Positions 53,291 to 62,555 of a DNA stretch of 64,000 nucleotides are shown one piece after another; the first letter of the stretch is position 1, and every line of letters begins with the position of its first letter. The stretch comes from Fimbriimonadales bacterium. Its GTDB lineage: Bacteria; Armatimonadota; Fimbriimonadia; Fimbriimonadales; ATM1. The stretch is from positions 96,001 to 160,000 of the forward strand of contig JBGTLG010000041.1 of the NCBI GenBank assembly GCA_041744215.1, read 5' to 3'. The notes under the pieces were generated by a model. The model ran no database searches. It saw only the letters and a program-made list of their open reading frames with translations, and was not told the origin of the DNA. The position numbers were made by a program, and so were the translations under genes.

Positions 53291-54430
53291 ATGTTCGCTT
53301 TCCTCGTACTGCCGCTACTCGCACAATCCACGGTTGTCGTCACAAACATTGCTGAATTGAGGCGAGCGGCCACAAACGCGCAACCGGGGACGACCATCCA
53401 AGTGGCCCCTGGCGACTACGTTGGTGGCGTGTCACTCATGAATCTGCACGGCGCGCCAGGGCGCCCGATCGTCATCGCCGGGCTCGACCACACCAACCCG
53501 CCTCGGTTCGTTGGCGGGTCGGGGGTACAGATCTCAGGGACCAGCCATCTCGAGATTCGCGACATCCGTATCGTAGACACACGCTCCAACGGACTGAACA
53601 TCGACGATTCAGGCCAGCGGACAAAACCCTCGCGACACTTGGTACTCGAGCGGGTCTCGGTTAGTGGTACGCCGAAAGGCAACTTCGATGGCATCAAGCT
53701 GTCCGGTTTGCGCGACTTTCGAGTGTCGAATTGCTACATCGAGCGCTGGGGTGGCTCGGCGATTGACATGGTCGGTTGTCATGATGCGGTTATCGAAGGT
53801 TGTGTGTTCCGCAACGGAGGGGATAACGCAGTGCAAACGAAAGGTGGATCGAGCAGCATCTCCGTTAGGTCAAGCCGGTTCCATGACTTCGGCCTCCGGG
53901 GAGTGAACATCGGCGGCAGTACCGGAGCAGGCTACTTTCGCCCCCCGCTAGAGGAGACGCCCAAGAACGGGCTATACGAAGCGCGCGAGATTCGGGTCGA
54001 AGGATGTACGTTCGTCGGAGGCGGCGCCCCCATCGCGTTCGTCGGAGTGGATGGCGCGCTCGTGCGATTCAACACGTTCGTCGATCCGGCTAGGTGGGTT
54101 GTCCGAATCTTGCAAGAAAATCGTGCCGAAGGATTCGTTCCCTCCAGGCAGGGAGTGTTCGAGGACAACCTCATTGTCTTCTTTTCAGGCAACTGGGCCT
54201 CCGGCGGGGTCAACATCGGCGACGCCACTCTGCCCCAAACTTTTCGCTTCACCAGGAACTTCTGGTTCTGCTCCGACGACACGTCGAAAAGCAAGCCGAC
54301 CCTGCCGACCCCTGAGACTGGGGGCACTTACGGAGTTGACCCCCTCTTGACTGTTGACGATGAGGGTCGTGTCTCTGTCTCTCCAGCGAGCCCCGCCCAC
54401 GGCGTCGGCGCGCATGCCTACCGCCGTTAA
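53291..54430 (+). CDS. Exported right-handed parallel beta-helix protein
   Basis: Signal peptide after GAGG SD; A.PGTTI..APG.Y, NGLNIDD, DGIKLSG, IDMVGCH, QTKGGS. Confidence 0.8.
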   Translation: MFAFLVLPLLAQSTVVVTNIAELRRAATNAQPGTTIQVAPGDYVGGVSLMNLHGAPGRPIVIAGLDHTNPPRFVGGSGVQISGTSHLEIRDIRIVDTRSNGLNIDDSGQRTKPSRHLVLERVSVSGTPKGNFDGIKLSGLRDFRVSNCYIERWGGSAIDMVGCHDAVIEGCVFRNGGDNAVQTKGGSSSISVRSSRFHDFGLRGVNIGGSTGAGYFRPPLEETPKNGLYEAREIRVEGCTFVGGGAPIAFVGVDGALVRFNTFVDPARWVVRILQENRAEGFVPSRQGVFEDNLIVFFSGNWASGGVNIGDATLPQTFRFTRNFWFCSDDTSKSKPTLPTPETGGTYGVDPLLTVDDEGRVSVSPASPAHGVGAHAYRR

Positions 54431-54502
54431 GCGCCAAAGAACGCTAAGAGCTAACCAGACCTTCTCCCGAAGATCGGCGCGGCCGCCGGGTACCGTCTTG
54501 GC

Positions 54503-54886
54503 ATGCCGAAGTTTGCGTCCATTGCGCCGGTTCTCGTCGTCCGCGATGTCATCGCGTCAGTTGACTACTGGAAAGAAAAAGTCGGGTGCGACCGTGCCGA
54601 TCTCTATGGGAGCCCGCCTGGTTTCGCTATGGTCGGGAAAGATGGTGTGACGATCATGCTGGCGCAAGCCCCTCAGGGAGTGGATCCGCCTGCTGCGAAT
54701 TGGCGCGTCGTCGATAAGACCAATCAGGTTTACATTTGGGTCGACGATGCGGCGACGCTCTATGAGGAGTTGAAGCAACGTGGAGCGACGATCGATTTCA
54801 CGCTTTATGACACTCCATGGGGTACGCGTGAGTTCGGTATTCAGGACCTCGACGACCACGACATCGCGTTCGGTCAAAAGCTGTAG
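54503..54886 (+). CDS. VOC/glyoxalase-bleomycin resistance family protein
   Basis: IAPVL.VRD, VDDA..LY.EL, D.PWG.REF.I.D.D. Confidence 0.9.
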   Translation: MPKFASIAPVLVVRDVIASVDYWKEKVGCDRADLYGSPPGFAMVGKDGVTIMLAQAPQGVDPPAANWRVVDKTNQVYIWVDDAATLYEELKQRGATIDFTLYDTPWGTREFGIQDLDDHDIAFGQKL

Positions 54887-55447
54887 CTATTCCTTCAGCT
54901 TCATCGACAGGATTCGGTCGCCTTTGTGAATCGAATCTACGACGTCCATACCTTTCGTGACCTTTCCCAAAACAGCGTACGATCTCCACAGCCTTTCGTA
55001 GTCACTCTTAAGAATGAAAATCTGCGAGTCGCCGCCGACTTGCAAACCCGTGCTCGCGATTCCGCAAACACCCCGAAGATAGTCGACGGTCGATTCCTCG
55101 AACGGCAATTGCGTTCCGCTGCCGCCGCCTAAGACCTCGTCGGAGGTGATCGGCTTGTCCTTGCTAGCGGGCGCGCCCCATTGGGTGACCCACCATTCGA
55201 CGCGGTGGACTCTTTGTCGGTCATAGAATCCTGCGCGGACCAGCTTGACGATGTGCTCGACGGTTTTTGGCGAAGCTTTCGGATCGGTTGTTATCTCGAA
55301 AACGCCTTTCGCCTCGACCCGAACTTCGATCACCGGGCCGGCGGGCAGGTACTCCACTTTCGCGGGGACGTAGCCCTGGATGAGGACAGCCGCACAGATC
55401 GCCAACATGCCGATTCGATTCGGCTTGGAGGCCGCCAATTCCTGCAA
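54887..55447 (-). CDS. Cyclophilin-type peptidyl-prolyl isomerase (start uncertain, likely ATG ~55408)
   Basis: P.TV..I..L...GFYD, HRV, GDSQ.FI, Y.V.GKV..GMDVV. Confidence 0.85.
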   Translation of the reverse strand: MQELAASKPNRIGMLAICAAVLIQGYVPAKVEYLPAGPVIEVRVEAKGVFEITTDPKASPKTVEHIVKLVRAGFYDRQRVHRVEWWVTQWGAPASKDKPITSDEVLGGGSGTQLPFEESTVDYLRGVCGIASTGLQVGGDSQIFILKSDYERLWRSYAVLGKVTKGMDVVDSIHKGDRILSMKLKE

Positions 55448-55485
55448 GCGGAACTCTGGCGGCCGGGGCAGGAGCCCTTTTAGTC

Positions 55486-55572
55486 TCAGACTCTGCGCCG
55501 CGCTGGTTGACGTGCCCGCTCTCGATTTGCTAACGGCTCTTCAAACTCATCGAACTCATCACGTTTAAACAT
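55486..55572 (-). CDS. Putative 28-aa small protein MFKRDEFDEFEEPLANRERARQPARRRV
   Basis: ATG..TGA ORF in an otherwise empty gap, followed by AAAA and GGGC/GCCC hairpin; no SD. Confidence 0.3.
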   Translation of the reverse strand: MFKRDEFDEFEEPLANRERARQPARRRV

Positions 55573-55605
55573 TGTTAACGCGGTTTCTTGAGTTCACCGG
55601 GTGGG

Positions 55606-55772
55606 TCGGGGGCGGTGTTCCGCGTGTTGGGGCCGCATCCCTTTCGACATAGGGTCACCGTCGGTTAAGTCCTTGGGAGTGGCAGAAGTCAACCTGCTGT
55701 GAGGTCGACAGTCGCACCGCCCGAGGGAGGTTGCTTCGGCGCGGGCCGGCGGCGCCGCCGGCCCGCGCTTTT
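55606..55772 (+). ncRNA. Candidate structured non-coding RNA of unknown family
   Basis: GGGCGGTG pairs with CACCGCCC ~100 nt downstream, internal stems, ends in hairpin plus TTTT. Confidence 0.35.
55739..55772. terminator. Perfect 30-bp GC palindrome plus T-tract
   Basis: GCGCGGGCCGGCGGCGCCGCCGGCCCGCGC (55739-55768) then TTTT; 6 nt beyond the DUF4349 stop. Confidence 0.7.
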
Positions 55773-55774
55773 GC

Positions 55775-56536
55775 TCACGCTCTCGGTTGAGGGACGCGGC
55801 CGTTTCTTCGCAGAGCCCAGCGAAGGATCAGCGCGATCGGCAACCAAACGGGAGCAGTCACCAGCACGTACATGATGAACGTGACGAGCCCGCGAACGAT
55901 GTTGCCGAACAGCGTGGACGTGTCGGTCCACGCCGCGGCGAACCAATTCGGATCCGGGCCTGTGACGCCGGGTCCGTCTTGCCACACTTCGAGTTCGATG
56001 CGCGGCATGAGCGCTTCTTCGGAAAGCTGCGCGAATTCGGGGCTAGCCGATTGGGGATCGGCTCCGGCGTACCTTTTCGCGGCTTTCATCGATGCAAGCT
56101 GCGCGGTGACGTCGCGCCCGGTAACGCGCTTGTATTTGCGCGTTCCGAGTGACTGGAGCGCGGTGATCGCGTCGTCAAACTTGTCGTAGGGCACGCGGAC
56201 TGCCATCTCGACTTTCGGCGGGCCGCCGCCCATGTCGCTGGCAAGGGTCGACTCAATGTACCCGCCCCATTCCTTGACACGGGCGTTCACTTTCGACTCG
56301 GCGTCCTCCGCGTCTTTGACCTGGACTCCGAGGTTTGCGGTGCGAACGCTTGCGCGCTCCGTCGTGTCGGTCGCTCCGCCCAGAGCCAAAGGGCTCCCAG
56401 AGGAAGGGGCAGCCGACCTGGTGCTGCGCTCCGCAGCGGCATAATCGTTCTGGCCGTTGGGACTGTCGTTGCAGCCTCCTGACAGGGCCGCAACAACACC
56501 GAAGGCGAGAAGGACAATCGCTATTTTTCGCGTCAT
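55775..56536 (-). CDS. DUF4349 domain lipoprotein
   Basis: Lipobox LSGGC, GGYIES, VRVP..KFD, G.DVT, C-terminal TM; GGAGG SD. Confidence 0.8.
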   Translation of the reverse strand: MTRKIAIVLLAFGVVAALSGGCNDSPNGQNDYAAAERSTRSAAPSSGSPLALGGATDTTERASVRTANLGVQVKDAEDAESKVNARVKEWGGYIESTLASDMGGGPPKVEMAVRVPYDKFDDAITALQSLGTRKYKRVTGRDVTAQLASMKAAKRYAGADPQSASPEFAQLSEEALMPRIELEVWQDGPGVTGPDPNWFAAAWTDTSTLFGNIVRGLVTFIMYVLVTAPVWLPIALILRWALRRNGRVPQPRA

Positions 56537-56683
56537 GGCAAATGACACCTCCACTATTGGTGTACGCCACGCCGCATCTGGTTCATGAGTCGTAAGTCCC
56601 GGAGGGGACTGCAGTCGGTGAGGGTTCCTCGATGTCGGTGTGGCATTCCACCAGCGAAGGCCACACCGGTCTTTGCCTCGATG

Positions 56684-57157
56684 CTATCCGCCGCCGCGCG
56701 GATCGTCTTTCGGATCGACGTACGTGATTCGCCACGGACCCATGCCGTGCAATTGGATGATAGTCTCGGTGTTATGCGTGAATGCGAAGTGGCGCATAGC
56801 TGCCGACATCATCGTGAAACTGCCAACCGGCATCATCTTTGCTTTCGAACGGTCGACGACCGTTCCTTCGCCCATGTGAAACGTGCCGGAGATCACCGTC
56901 ACGTTTTCGTCGGCGGGGTGCCAGTGTGGCGCGATGGCGTAGTTCGCCGGGAGTTTCAGGCGCATCACGAATGGGCCCTCGGCGGCGGGATCCCCGCTGA
57001 TCACTGCGAACTGCGCGCCTTTCGGGAGGGAGGGCGGTCCATCCGACCACCTGATTTCTTCGGGAGTTACAGTCGTCATCTTCGCGCTGGACTCGATCGC
57101 ATAAACGGCGAACACCGCGATGCACCCGGCGACAGCGGCGATTAGTCTTGCATTCAT
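56684..57157 (-). CDS. Exported cupin-domain protein
   Basis: Signal peptide, GDP..EGPF..R, PHWHP.DE.VTVISG, H, QLHG.GP; AGGAG SD. Confidence 0.88.
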   Translation of the reverse strand: MNARLIAAVAGCIAVFAVYAIESSAKMTTVTPEEIRWSDGPPSLPKGAQFAVISGDPAAEGPFVMRLKLPANYAIAPHWHPADENVTVISGTFHMGEGTVVDRSKAKMMPVGSFTMMSAAMRHFAFTHNTETIIQLHGMGPWRITYVDPKDDPRGGG

Positions 57158-57383
57158 TTCGTTCTCTCCTTGGCCCTGAGGCTGGCCGTGCCTTTCGAGC
57201 CGGATTATGATTCGTCCCTGCGCGTTTCCGCGACCCCCGTCCGAACATCCCGGATACGATCGGTCATGAAAGCCCGGCTTGCGATGGCCCTGTTGCCGAT
57301 CGACGCGACACACAAAGATCTGGGTCGGGAACGCGCCCCAGATCTTTGCGGAAGGTCACCTCGTGTTGCCGGCAAGCACTCGA

Positions 57384-58196
57384 CTATTCCGCTTCGAGCC
57401 AAACGAATTCTTCGAGGCCGATCACGTATTCCTTGCGAACGGGGTTGTGCCGGATGAAGTACTTCGTAGGATAGTAGCCAGAGACTTGAACTGCCGCGGG
57501 CATCTTGATTGGCGCAGTGATGTTCGGATTCGTCAACAGAAGACTCTTGGTGAACATCGGCTCGATGAAAGTCAACCGTCCATCGTAAGCGCCGTAGATG
57601 AAGGTGTGCGTGAAGGGCGCACCGTTCAGTTCGGGGGTTTGGGTATCGACCCAGTGCCCGCCCATTTTCGGCTCTTCGGACTCCGGAGCGAAGATGTATC
57701 CGGCCGGAACGTATTTTTTATCGGGCGCCTTTCTGCATCGCTCTAAGTCGTCGCCCTCGGCCGTGATTTTCTGTCTGTCTTCGTATTTCATAAGATAGAA
57801 GTGCACGTCGAAGTGCGGCACGTCGTAGACTCCGGGCGGGATGTGGCCTTGCGGGTTCCAATCGAACGAGACGTGGTTGATCGGCGTCTTCTTCACCGCC
57901 TCTGCCGGGTAGGTCAGGGCATATTCCCACCCAGGGGGCTTCGGATAGGTCGGAGGAGGGTCGTCGCGCAAGCCGGTCAGCGCGGTTTCGGAGATCGTGA
58001 CACCGATAGCGACGGGTTTGTCGTCCTTGCCAATCTGGGCCCAACTGAAGACGATCCCGTTCCCGATGATCGTCATCTCGCCGACGTGGTAGCCCTGCTC
58101 TTTGAGCCGGCAGTTTTCGCACGCCGAAGCGACGGAACCAAAAACGGGCAGAACCGCCAGAGCGGTCAATGCGGTGATGAGTCGTACGTATCTCAT
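57384..58196 (-). CDS. Exported DUF5602/TTHB210-like His-rich protein
   Basis: Signal MRYVRL; DWNPQGH.P, PHFDVHFY, MGGHW, IYG.YDG, EPM. Confidence 0.8.
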   Translation of the reverse strand: MRYVRLITALTALAVLPVFGSVASACENCRLKEQGYHVGEMTIIGNGIVFSWAQIGKDDKPVAIGVTISETALTGLRDDPPPTYPKPPGWEYALTYPAEAVKKTPINHVSFDWNPQGHIPPGVYDVPHFDVHFYLMKYEDRQKITAEGDDLERCRKAPDKKYVPAGYIFAPESEEPKMGGHWVDTQTPELNGAPFTHTFIYGAYDGRLTFIEPMFTKSLLLTNPNITAPIKMPAAVQVSGYYPTKYFIRHNPVRKEYVIGLEEFVWLEAE

Positions 58197-58229
58197 GTGA
58201 ACGCCTTGCACGCGGGGGTTATACCCAAA

Positions 58230-58541
58230 CGCCATGCCGAGGGTCGGCGAAGCAAGCCGGGGCATTCGGCCCGTGAAGACCGGTACGATGCCGAGCTGAT
58301 TCCTTTCTTTGAATGCGTACAGCCGGTTCCAGTAATACTCGAACACGAGGATGCACTCGTCTTGGCGGTCTCGCGGCAATAGCGGCGGCATCTTGTCCAG
58401 ATTCCGCATCGCCTTCGAGCCGAGCGGAAGTGTCTCTCGCCAGTTGACGCCTTGCTTGTCGAGGTCGGCGGCGGGCGTGGCCGGGTTGAGGTTTTGGTCG
58501 TGGGTGCCGTGGGTGAATTCGTTGACATTCGACTGCCTCAA
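58230..58541 (-). pseudogene. Probable truncated gene remnant in frame with the DUF5602 gene
   Basis: Strongly GC3-biased, protein-like reading (LDKQGVNWRETLP..ILVFEYYWNRLYAFKE) with no convincing start/SD and no own stop; boundaries approximate. Confidence 0.4.
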
Positions 58542-58662
58542 TCAGCACGATCAGAATTCACCCGCGCCACGACGGAAACCGGCGGCTGCACCCCGATCAT
58601 TCGGTCGCCACCATCCGACCTGCTTCTAAACCCTTCCTCCGAGTGCGGGTAGAAACGTCGCT

Positions 58663-60015
58663 GTGCGCAGATCCGGATATCTCGGTCGCCACGATCTCGG
58701 CGTCAACGCGCCTTTTCTTGACTCAGTGCGCCGCGCGTTCGCTGAAATCGATCGCTCGCAATGGCTGAACCCGGAGCAAATCCGATCGAATCAGATCAAG
58801 AAGCTCGCCAAAGTCGTTGGCCATGCGAGTCGCCATGTACCGTTCTATCGAGAGCGATATGGCGGGCAGATGCGCATCGAATCCATTGAGGACTTCCGAA
58901 CCCTGCCGATCATCGATCGACACGAGATTGCCGATTGCGAGATCGAGCATCGCACCGCGAAGAAACTGCCCTTTGGCGACAGCGCACTTTTTAGCGAAAC
59001 TACGAGCGGTACCACAGGCGATGTCGTCACCATTCTGAGAACCAGCAACCTGGAGATTTGGCGACATGCTGCGATGATTCGCGAGCTCGACTTGTGGAAC
59101 ATCGACCCGACAGGCAGCTGCGCAGTTATGCGCGTTCCAGCGAATCCAAGCGACCCCGATTGGAATGCGGACCTTCAGGCAAGTGTTGTTGACTCTTGGA
59201 TGCGAGGGGCGTTCGGTCAGCTTTTCGGCCGGGCGACTGGATTCCACATCGATGCCAGCGATCATACAAGGGAGATTGCCGCACGCGTTCGAAGAGTTGC
59301 CCCTGATTACCTTCAAGCCACCGGCACCCTGCTCTTGTCTTTGATTGAAAACCTCGAAGGCTATCGTCCCCGAGCGCTTCTCACCATTGGGGAGAACCTG
59401 TATCCGCATATGAGATTGGAATTGGAGGCTTCCTACTGCGCACCTGTTTACGACGTGTACGCGGCAGTTGAAGCAAACCGTGTCGCTGCGACATGTCCGG
59501 ACGGTGACGGATACCATGTCCACGACGAGAATGTCTTCTTCGAGCTGTTAAATGACGATGGGTCTGCGTGCGAACCTGGCGAGATCGGAAACATCGTGCT
59601 GACCTCGCTTCATAACTTCGCTTCGCCGATCATCCGTTACGACATTGGCGATCTCGCAGAGGCACCATTGAGGCCGTGCGTTTGCGGGCGAGGGTTGACG
59701 ACCGTCGCGAGTTTTCAGGGGCGGGAGATCGCGAGACTGGTCTTGGAAGGCGGGAGGAAGCGAATCGCGCTCGGGTTCGTCATGACGATGAACGAGATCG
59801 CCGGCGTCAAGAAGTTTCGCCTGACTCAGCGCGGGCTCGATGTGTTTCAATTGCGGATCACGGGCCGCGAGTCGTTGCGCGACGAGGAGATCAGCCGCAT
59901 CAAGGGGAGCCTCGAGCGATCTGTAGAACGGACCGTGTCGCTCACGGTTACTGCGGTCGATGACATTCCGCTCGGGGCCCGGGGCAAGCTGACCAAGGTC
60001 GAGTATGTCGAGTAG
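58663..60015 (+). CDS. Phenylacetate-CoA ligase / CapK-like adenylate-forming enzyme
   Basis: HVPFYR, LP.I.R, TSGTTG, Y.A.E, P.IRY.IGD, C.CGR, GR; start uncertain. Confidence 0.85.
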   Translation: MRRSGYLGRHDLGVNAPFLDSVRRAFAEIDRSQWLNPEQIRSNQIKKLAKVVGHASRHVPFYRERYGGQMRIESIEDFRTLPIIDRHEIADCEIEHRTAKKLPFGDSALFSETTSGTTGDVVTILRTSNLEIWRHAAMIRELDLWNIDPTGSCAVMRVPANPSDPDWNADLQASVVDSWMRGAFGQLFGRATGFHIDASDHTREIAARVRRVAPDYLQATGTLLLSLIENLEGYRPRALLTIGENLYPHMRLELEASYCAPVYDVYAAVEANRVAATCPDGDGYHVHDENVFFELLNDDGSACEPGEIGNIVLTSLHNFASPIIRYDIGDLAEAPLRPCVCGRGLTTVASFQGREIARLVLEGGRKRIALGFVMTMNEIAGVKKFRLTQRGLDVFQLRITGRESLRDEEISRIKGSLERSVERTVSLTVTAVDDIPLGARGKLTKVEYVE

Positions 60016-60156
60016 ATAGTTACGAACGGCGGCCGCCTGTGCGTTTTTTTCAAGCCAGGGCGCTGGCGGGGCTGGGCTGGGAGGGCGACCCAGCGGGCCG
60101 CAAGTTGGCCGAGCTTGTGCCCGACGAAAAAATTTCCAAAAAACTCCCCAAACCCC

Positions 60157-60185
60157 TTGACAAGCGCACAGATGTGCAGTAGAAT
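60157..60185 (+). promoter_or_regulatory. sigma70-type recA promoter with palindromic operator in spacer
   Basis: TTGACA-17 nt-TAGAAT; GCACA-GA-TGTGC at 60166-60177. Confidence 0.8.
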
Positions 60186-60217
60186 CCTGTCTACCTACGG
60201 GTAAATGGAGGAGAAAG

Positions 60218-61306
60218 ATGGCAAGCAGTCGAAATGGTGCAGCAGTCATAGAGGACATCCCGGCATTGGATAAACAGAAAGCATTGGACATGGCCGTCGG
60301 CCAGCTGGAAAAGTCTTATGGAAAGGGCGCGGTGATGCGCCTTGGCGAGAGCACGGCCGAGAAGGTTGACGCGATACCTACCGGCTCGATCAGCCTCGAC
60401 GTCGCACTTGGCGTCGGAGGCATCCCGCGCGGCCGGATCACGGAGATTTATGGAACGGAGAGCTCGGGCAAGACGACGCTGGCTTTGCATGTTATTGCGG
60501 AAGCTCAAAAGAAGGGCGGGCTCGCGCTTTTCGTTGACGCGGAGCACGCTCTGGACATCGAGTATGCGAGGGCGCTCGGGGTGGATGTCGACCGGCTTTA
60601 CATCTCGCAGCCCGCGACCGGTGAAGAGGCGCTCGAAATCATGGACGGCATGATGCGCTCGGGGGCTTTGGACGTCGTCGTGCTGGACTCTGTCGCCGCG
60701 CTTGTTCCCAAGGCCGAGATGGAGGGTGAGATGGGCGACGCGTTCGTCGGGATTCAGGCTCGCATGATGTCGCAGGCGATGCGCAAGCTTGGCGGCAATA
60801 CGAGCAAGACGAAGACGGCGGTCATTTTCATCAACCAGCTTCGCGAGAAGATCGGCGTGATGTATGGCAATCCGGAGACGACACCGGGCGGGCGGTCGCT
60901 GAAATTCTGGGCTTCGGTGCGGCTGGAAGTTCGCCGTGCTGAGACACTCAAGGATGGAGCGGAGCCAATCGGCGCGCGGACGAAGGTGAAGGTTGTTAAG
61001 AATAAGGTCGCGCCTCCGTTCAAGGCCTGCGAGTTCGACATCATGTTTGGGCAGGGCATATCGAAGGCTGGCGACTTGGTCGACGTTGCGAACAAGATGG
61101 GCATCATCTCGCGGAGCGGGACTTACTACAGCTACGGCGATTTGCGGCTTGGCCAGGGCCGGGACAACGCGAAGGCATTCCTCGACACGAATCCGCAGAT
61201 TCTTGCGGAGGTCGATCAGAAGGTGCGCGCAGCGCTTTCGGAGAAGGCTGCGAACTACTCATCGCCGGTGGCCGCGGTCGCTCTGGATGCCGAAGACTTC
61301 GAGTAG
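60218..61306 (+). CDS. recA: Recombinase A
   Basis: [42 protein letters not shown]. Confidence 0.99.
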   Translation: MASSRNGAAVIEDIPALDKQKALDMAVGQLEKSYGKGAVMRLGESTAEKVDAIPTGSISLDVALGVGGIPRGRITEIYGTESSGKTTLALHVIAEAQKKGGLALFVDAEHALDIEYARALGVDVDRLYISQPATGEEALEIMDGMMRSGALDVVVLDSVAALVPKAEMEGEMGDAFVGIQARMMSQAMRKLGGNTSKTKTAVIFINQLREKIGVMYGNPETTPGGRSLKFWASVRLEVRRAETLKDGAEPIGARTKVKVVKNKVAPPFKACEFDIMFGQGISKAGDLVDVANKMGIISRSGTYYSYGDLRLGQGRDNAKAFLDTNPQILAEVDQKVRAALSEKAANYSSPVAAVALDAEDFE

Positions 61307-61747
61307 ATGGGCAATGGGGGCGACCCCGAAAGGACAGAAGCGTTAGAGATAGCGCTAAGGATGCTGCGGGTCCGGGATCGGTTCGAGTCTGAAATCCGGG
61401 CCCGTTGCGCCGTGGAGGAATGCTCGCCGGAAGAGATTGATGCGGCGATTGAGTCGTTGCGGGCGAAGCGATTTATCGACGACCGCCGTGTGGCGAAGGG
61501 TTTGGCGTTCAAACTGACCCAGGCGAAGGCTTGGGCGCCAGCTCGGATCGAGGCTGAGCTGAGGCATCGAGGGGCAGATGAAAGCGCCATCGAGGATGCG
61601 CTTCGGGCGCTGCCGGAAGAGTCGAAGACGGTCGCGCGATTCGCTCGAATGCAGCGGGTCTCAGGTTCTGCGCTCGCGCGAAAGCTCTTCTCAGCGGGAT
61701 TCTCAGAGGATGCGATTCTCGTCTTCCTCGATTCGTCTCGCGGGTAG
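61307..61747 (+). CDS. recX: Regulatory protein RecX
   Basis: R.R.E.E, FIDD.R.A, I..EL..RG, L...GF; immediately after recA. Confidence 0.8.
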   Translation: MGNGGDPERTEALEIALRMLRVRDRFESEIRARCAVEECSPEEIDAAIESLRAKRFIDDRRVAKGLAFKLTQAKAWAPARIEAELRHRGADESAIEDALRALPEESKTVARFARMQRVSGSALARKLFSAGFSEDAILVFLDSSRG

Positions 61748-61759
61748 CCTTAGCGTTGC

Positions 61760-62536
61760 ATGCGCATTTTATTCCTGGGCGATATCGTTGGGAAGGTCGG
61801 TCGCCGGGCGGTGGCAAACTGCCTTCCGTCGCTCGTCGATACTTACTCACCTGATTTTGTTATCGTCAACGGCGAGAATTCTGCTGCTGGGGTTGGCATC
61901 ACGCCAGACATCGCCGAAGAGTTCTTCAAGCTGGGAATTGATGGGATTACACTGGGAAACCACGCGTTCAATCGGCGGGAGATAGGGAGTCTGCTGGATT
62001 CGGACAAGCGGATCATCCGGCCTGCGAACTTCCCGCCGGGGGTGTCTGGGCGGGGTCACACGCTTCTCGAGAAAAACGGAATGAAGCTGGGGCTGATTAA
62101 CTTATGTGGGCGGGTGTTCATGTCGGAGTATGACGACCCGTTCCGGCTCTGCGATCAGCTGGTTGCCGATCTCGCGACTCCTGCAACGGTCGTTGACTTC
62201 CATGCGGAGGCGACCTCGGAGAAAAGCGCTTTCGGATGGTATGTGGATGGCCAGGTTAGTGCGGTTCTTGGAACGCACACGCACGTTCAGACCGCAGACG
62301 AGCAGATCTTGCCCGGGGGGACCGCGTTCATATCGGACGTGGGCATGTGCGGGCCGATGGACTCGGTGATCGGCATGGATCGAGACGTGATTCTCAGGCG
62401 GTTTTTGACCCTGCTGCCCGAGCGATTTGAGGTCGCGTCAGGACGTAGTGTAATCTGTGGGGTGGTGTTAGACGTCAAAGAGGATACTGGCCGCGCCGAA
62501 TCGATCGAACGCGTCCAGTGGCGTGATGTCTCATAA
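61760..62536 (+). CDS. ymdB: YmdB-family (TIGR00282) metallophosphoesterase
   Basis: GDIVG..GR, NGEN, TLGNH, DFHAEATSEK, GTHTHV.TAD, DVGM.G. Confidence 0.93.
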   Translation: MRILFLGDIVGKVGRRAVANCLPSLVDTYSPDFVIVNGENSAAGVGITPDIAEEFFKLGIDGITLGNHAFNRREIGSLLDSDKRIIRPANFPPGVSGRGHTLLEKNGMKLGLINLCGRVFMSEYDDPFRLCDQLVADLATPATVVDFHAEATSEKSAFGWYVDGQVSAVLGTHTHVQTADEQILPGGTAFISDVGMCGPMDSVIGMDRDVILRRFLTLLPERFEVASGRSVICGVVLDVKEDTGRAESIERVQWRDVS

Positions 62537-62555
62537 ACCCATTCGGAGGAACTCG

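Noticed and set aside
52964..53324. Long overlapping N-terminal extensions of the helicase and beta-helix ORFs
   Set aside because: ORF-caller artefacts; better starts at 53189 (-) and 53291 (+) leave a normal divergent gap
55606..55724. 5S rRNA, SRP RNA, tRNA-Sec or known riboswitch identity
   Set aside because: Lacks CCGAAC, the SRP GGAA/AGCAG loop, a T-arm plus CCA, and recognisable aptamer consensus
55450..58660. Integron cassette array (co-oriented small genes with hairpins)
   Set aside because: No RYYYAAC/GTTRRRY attC cores after the stops I inspected, hairpins are unrelated to each other, and there is no integrase
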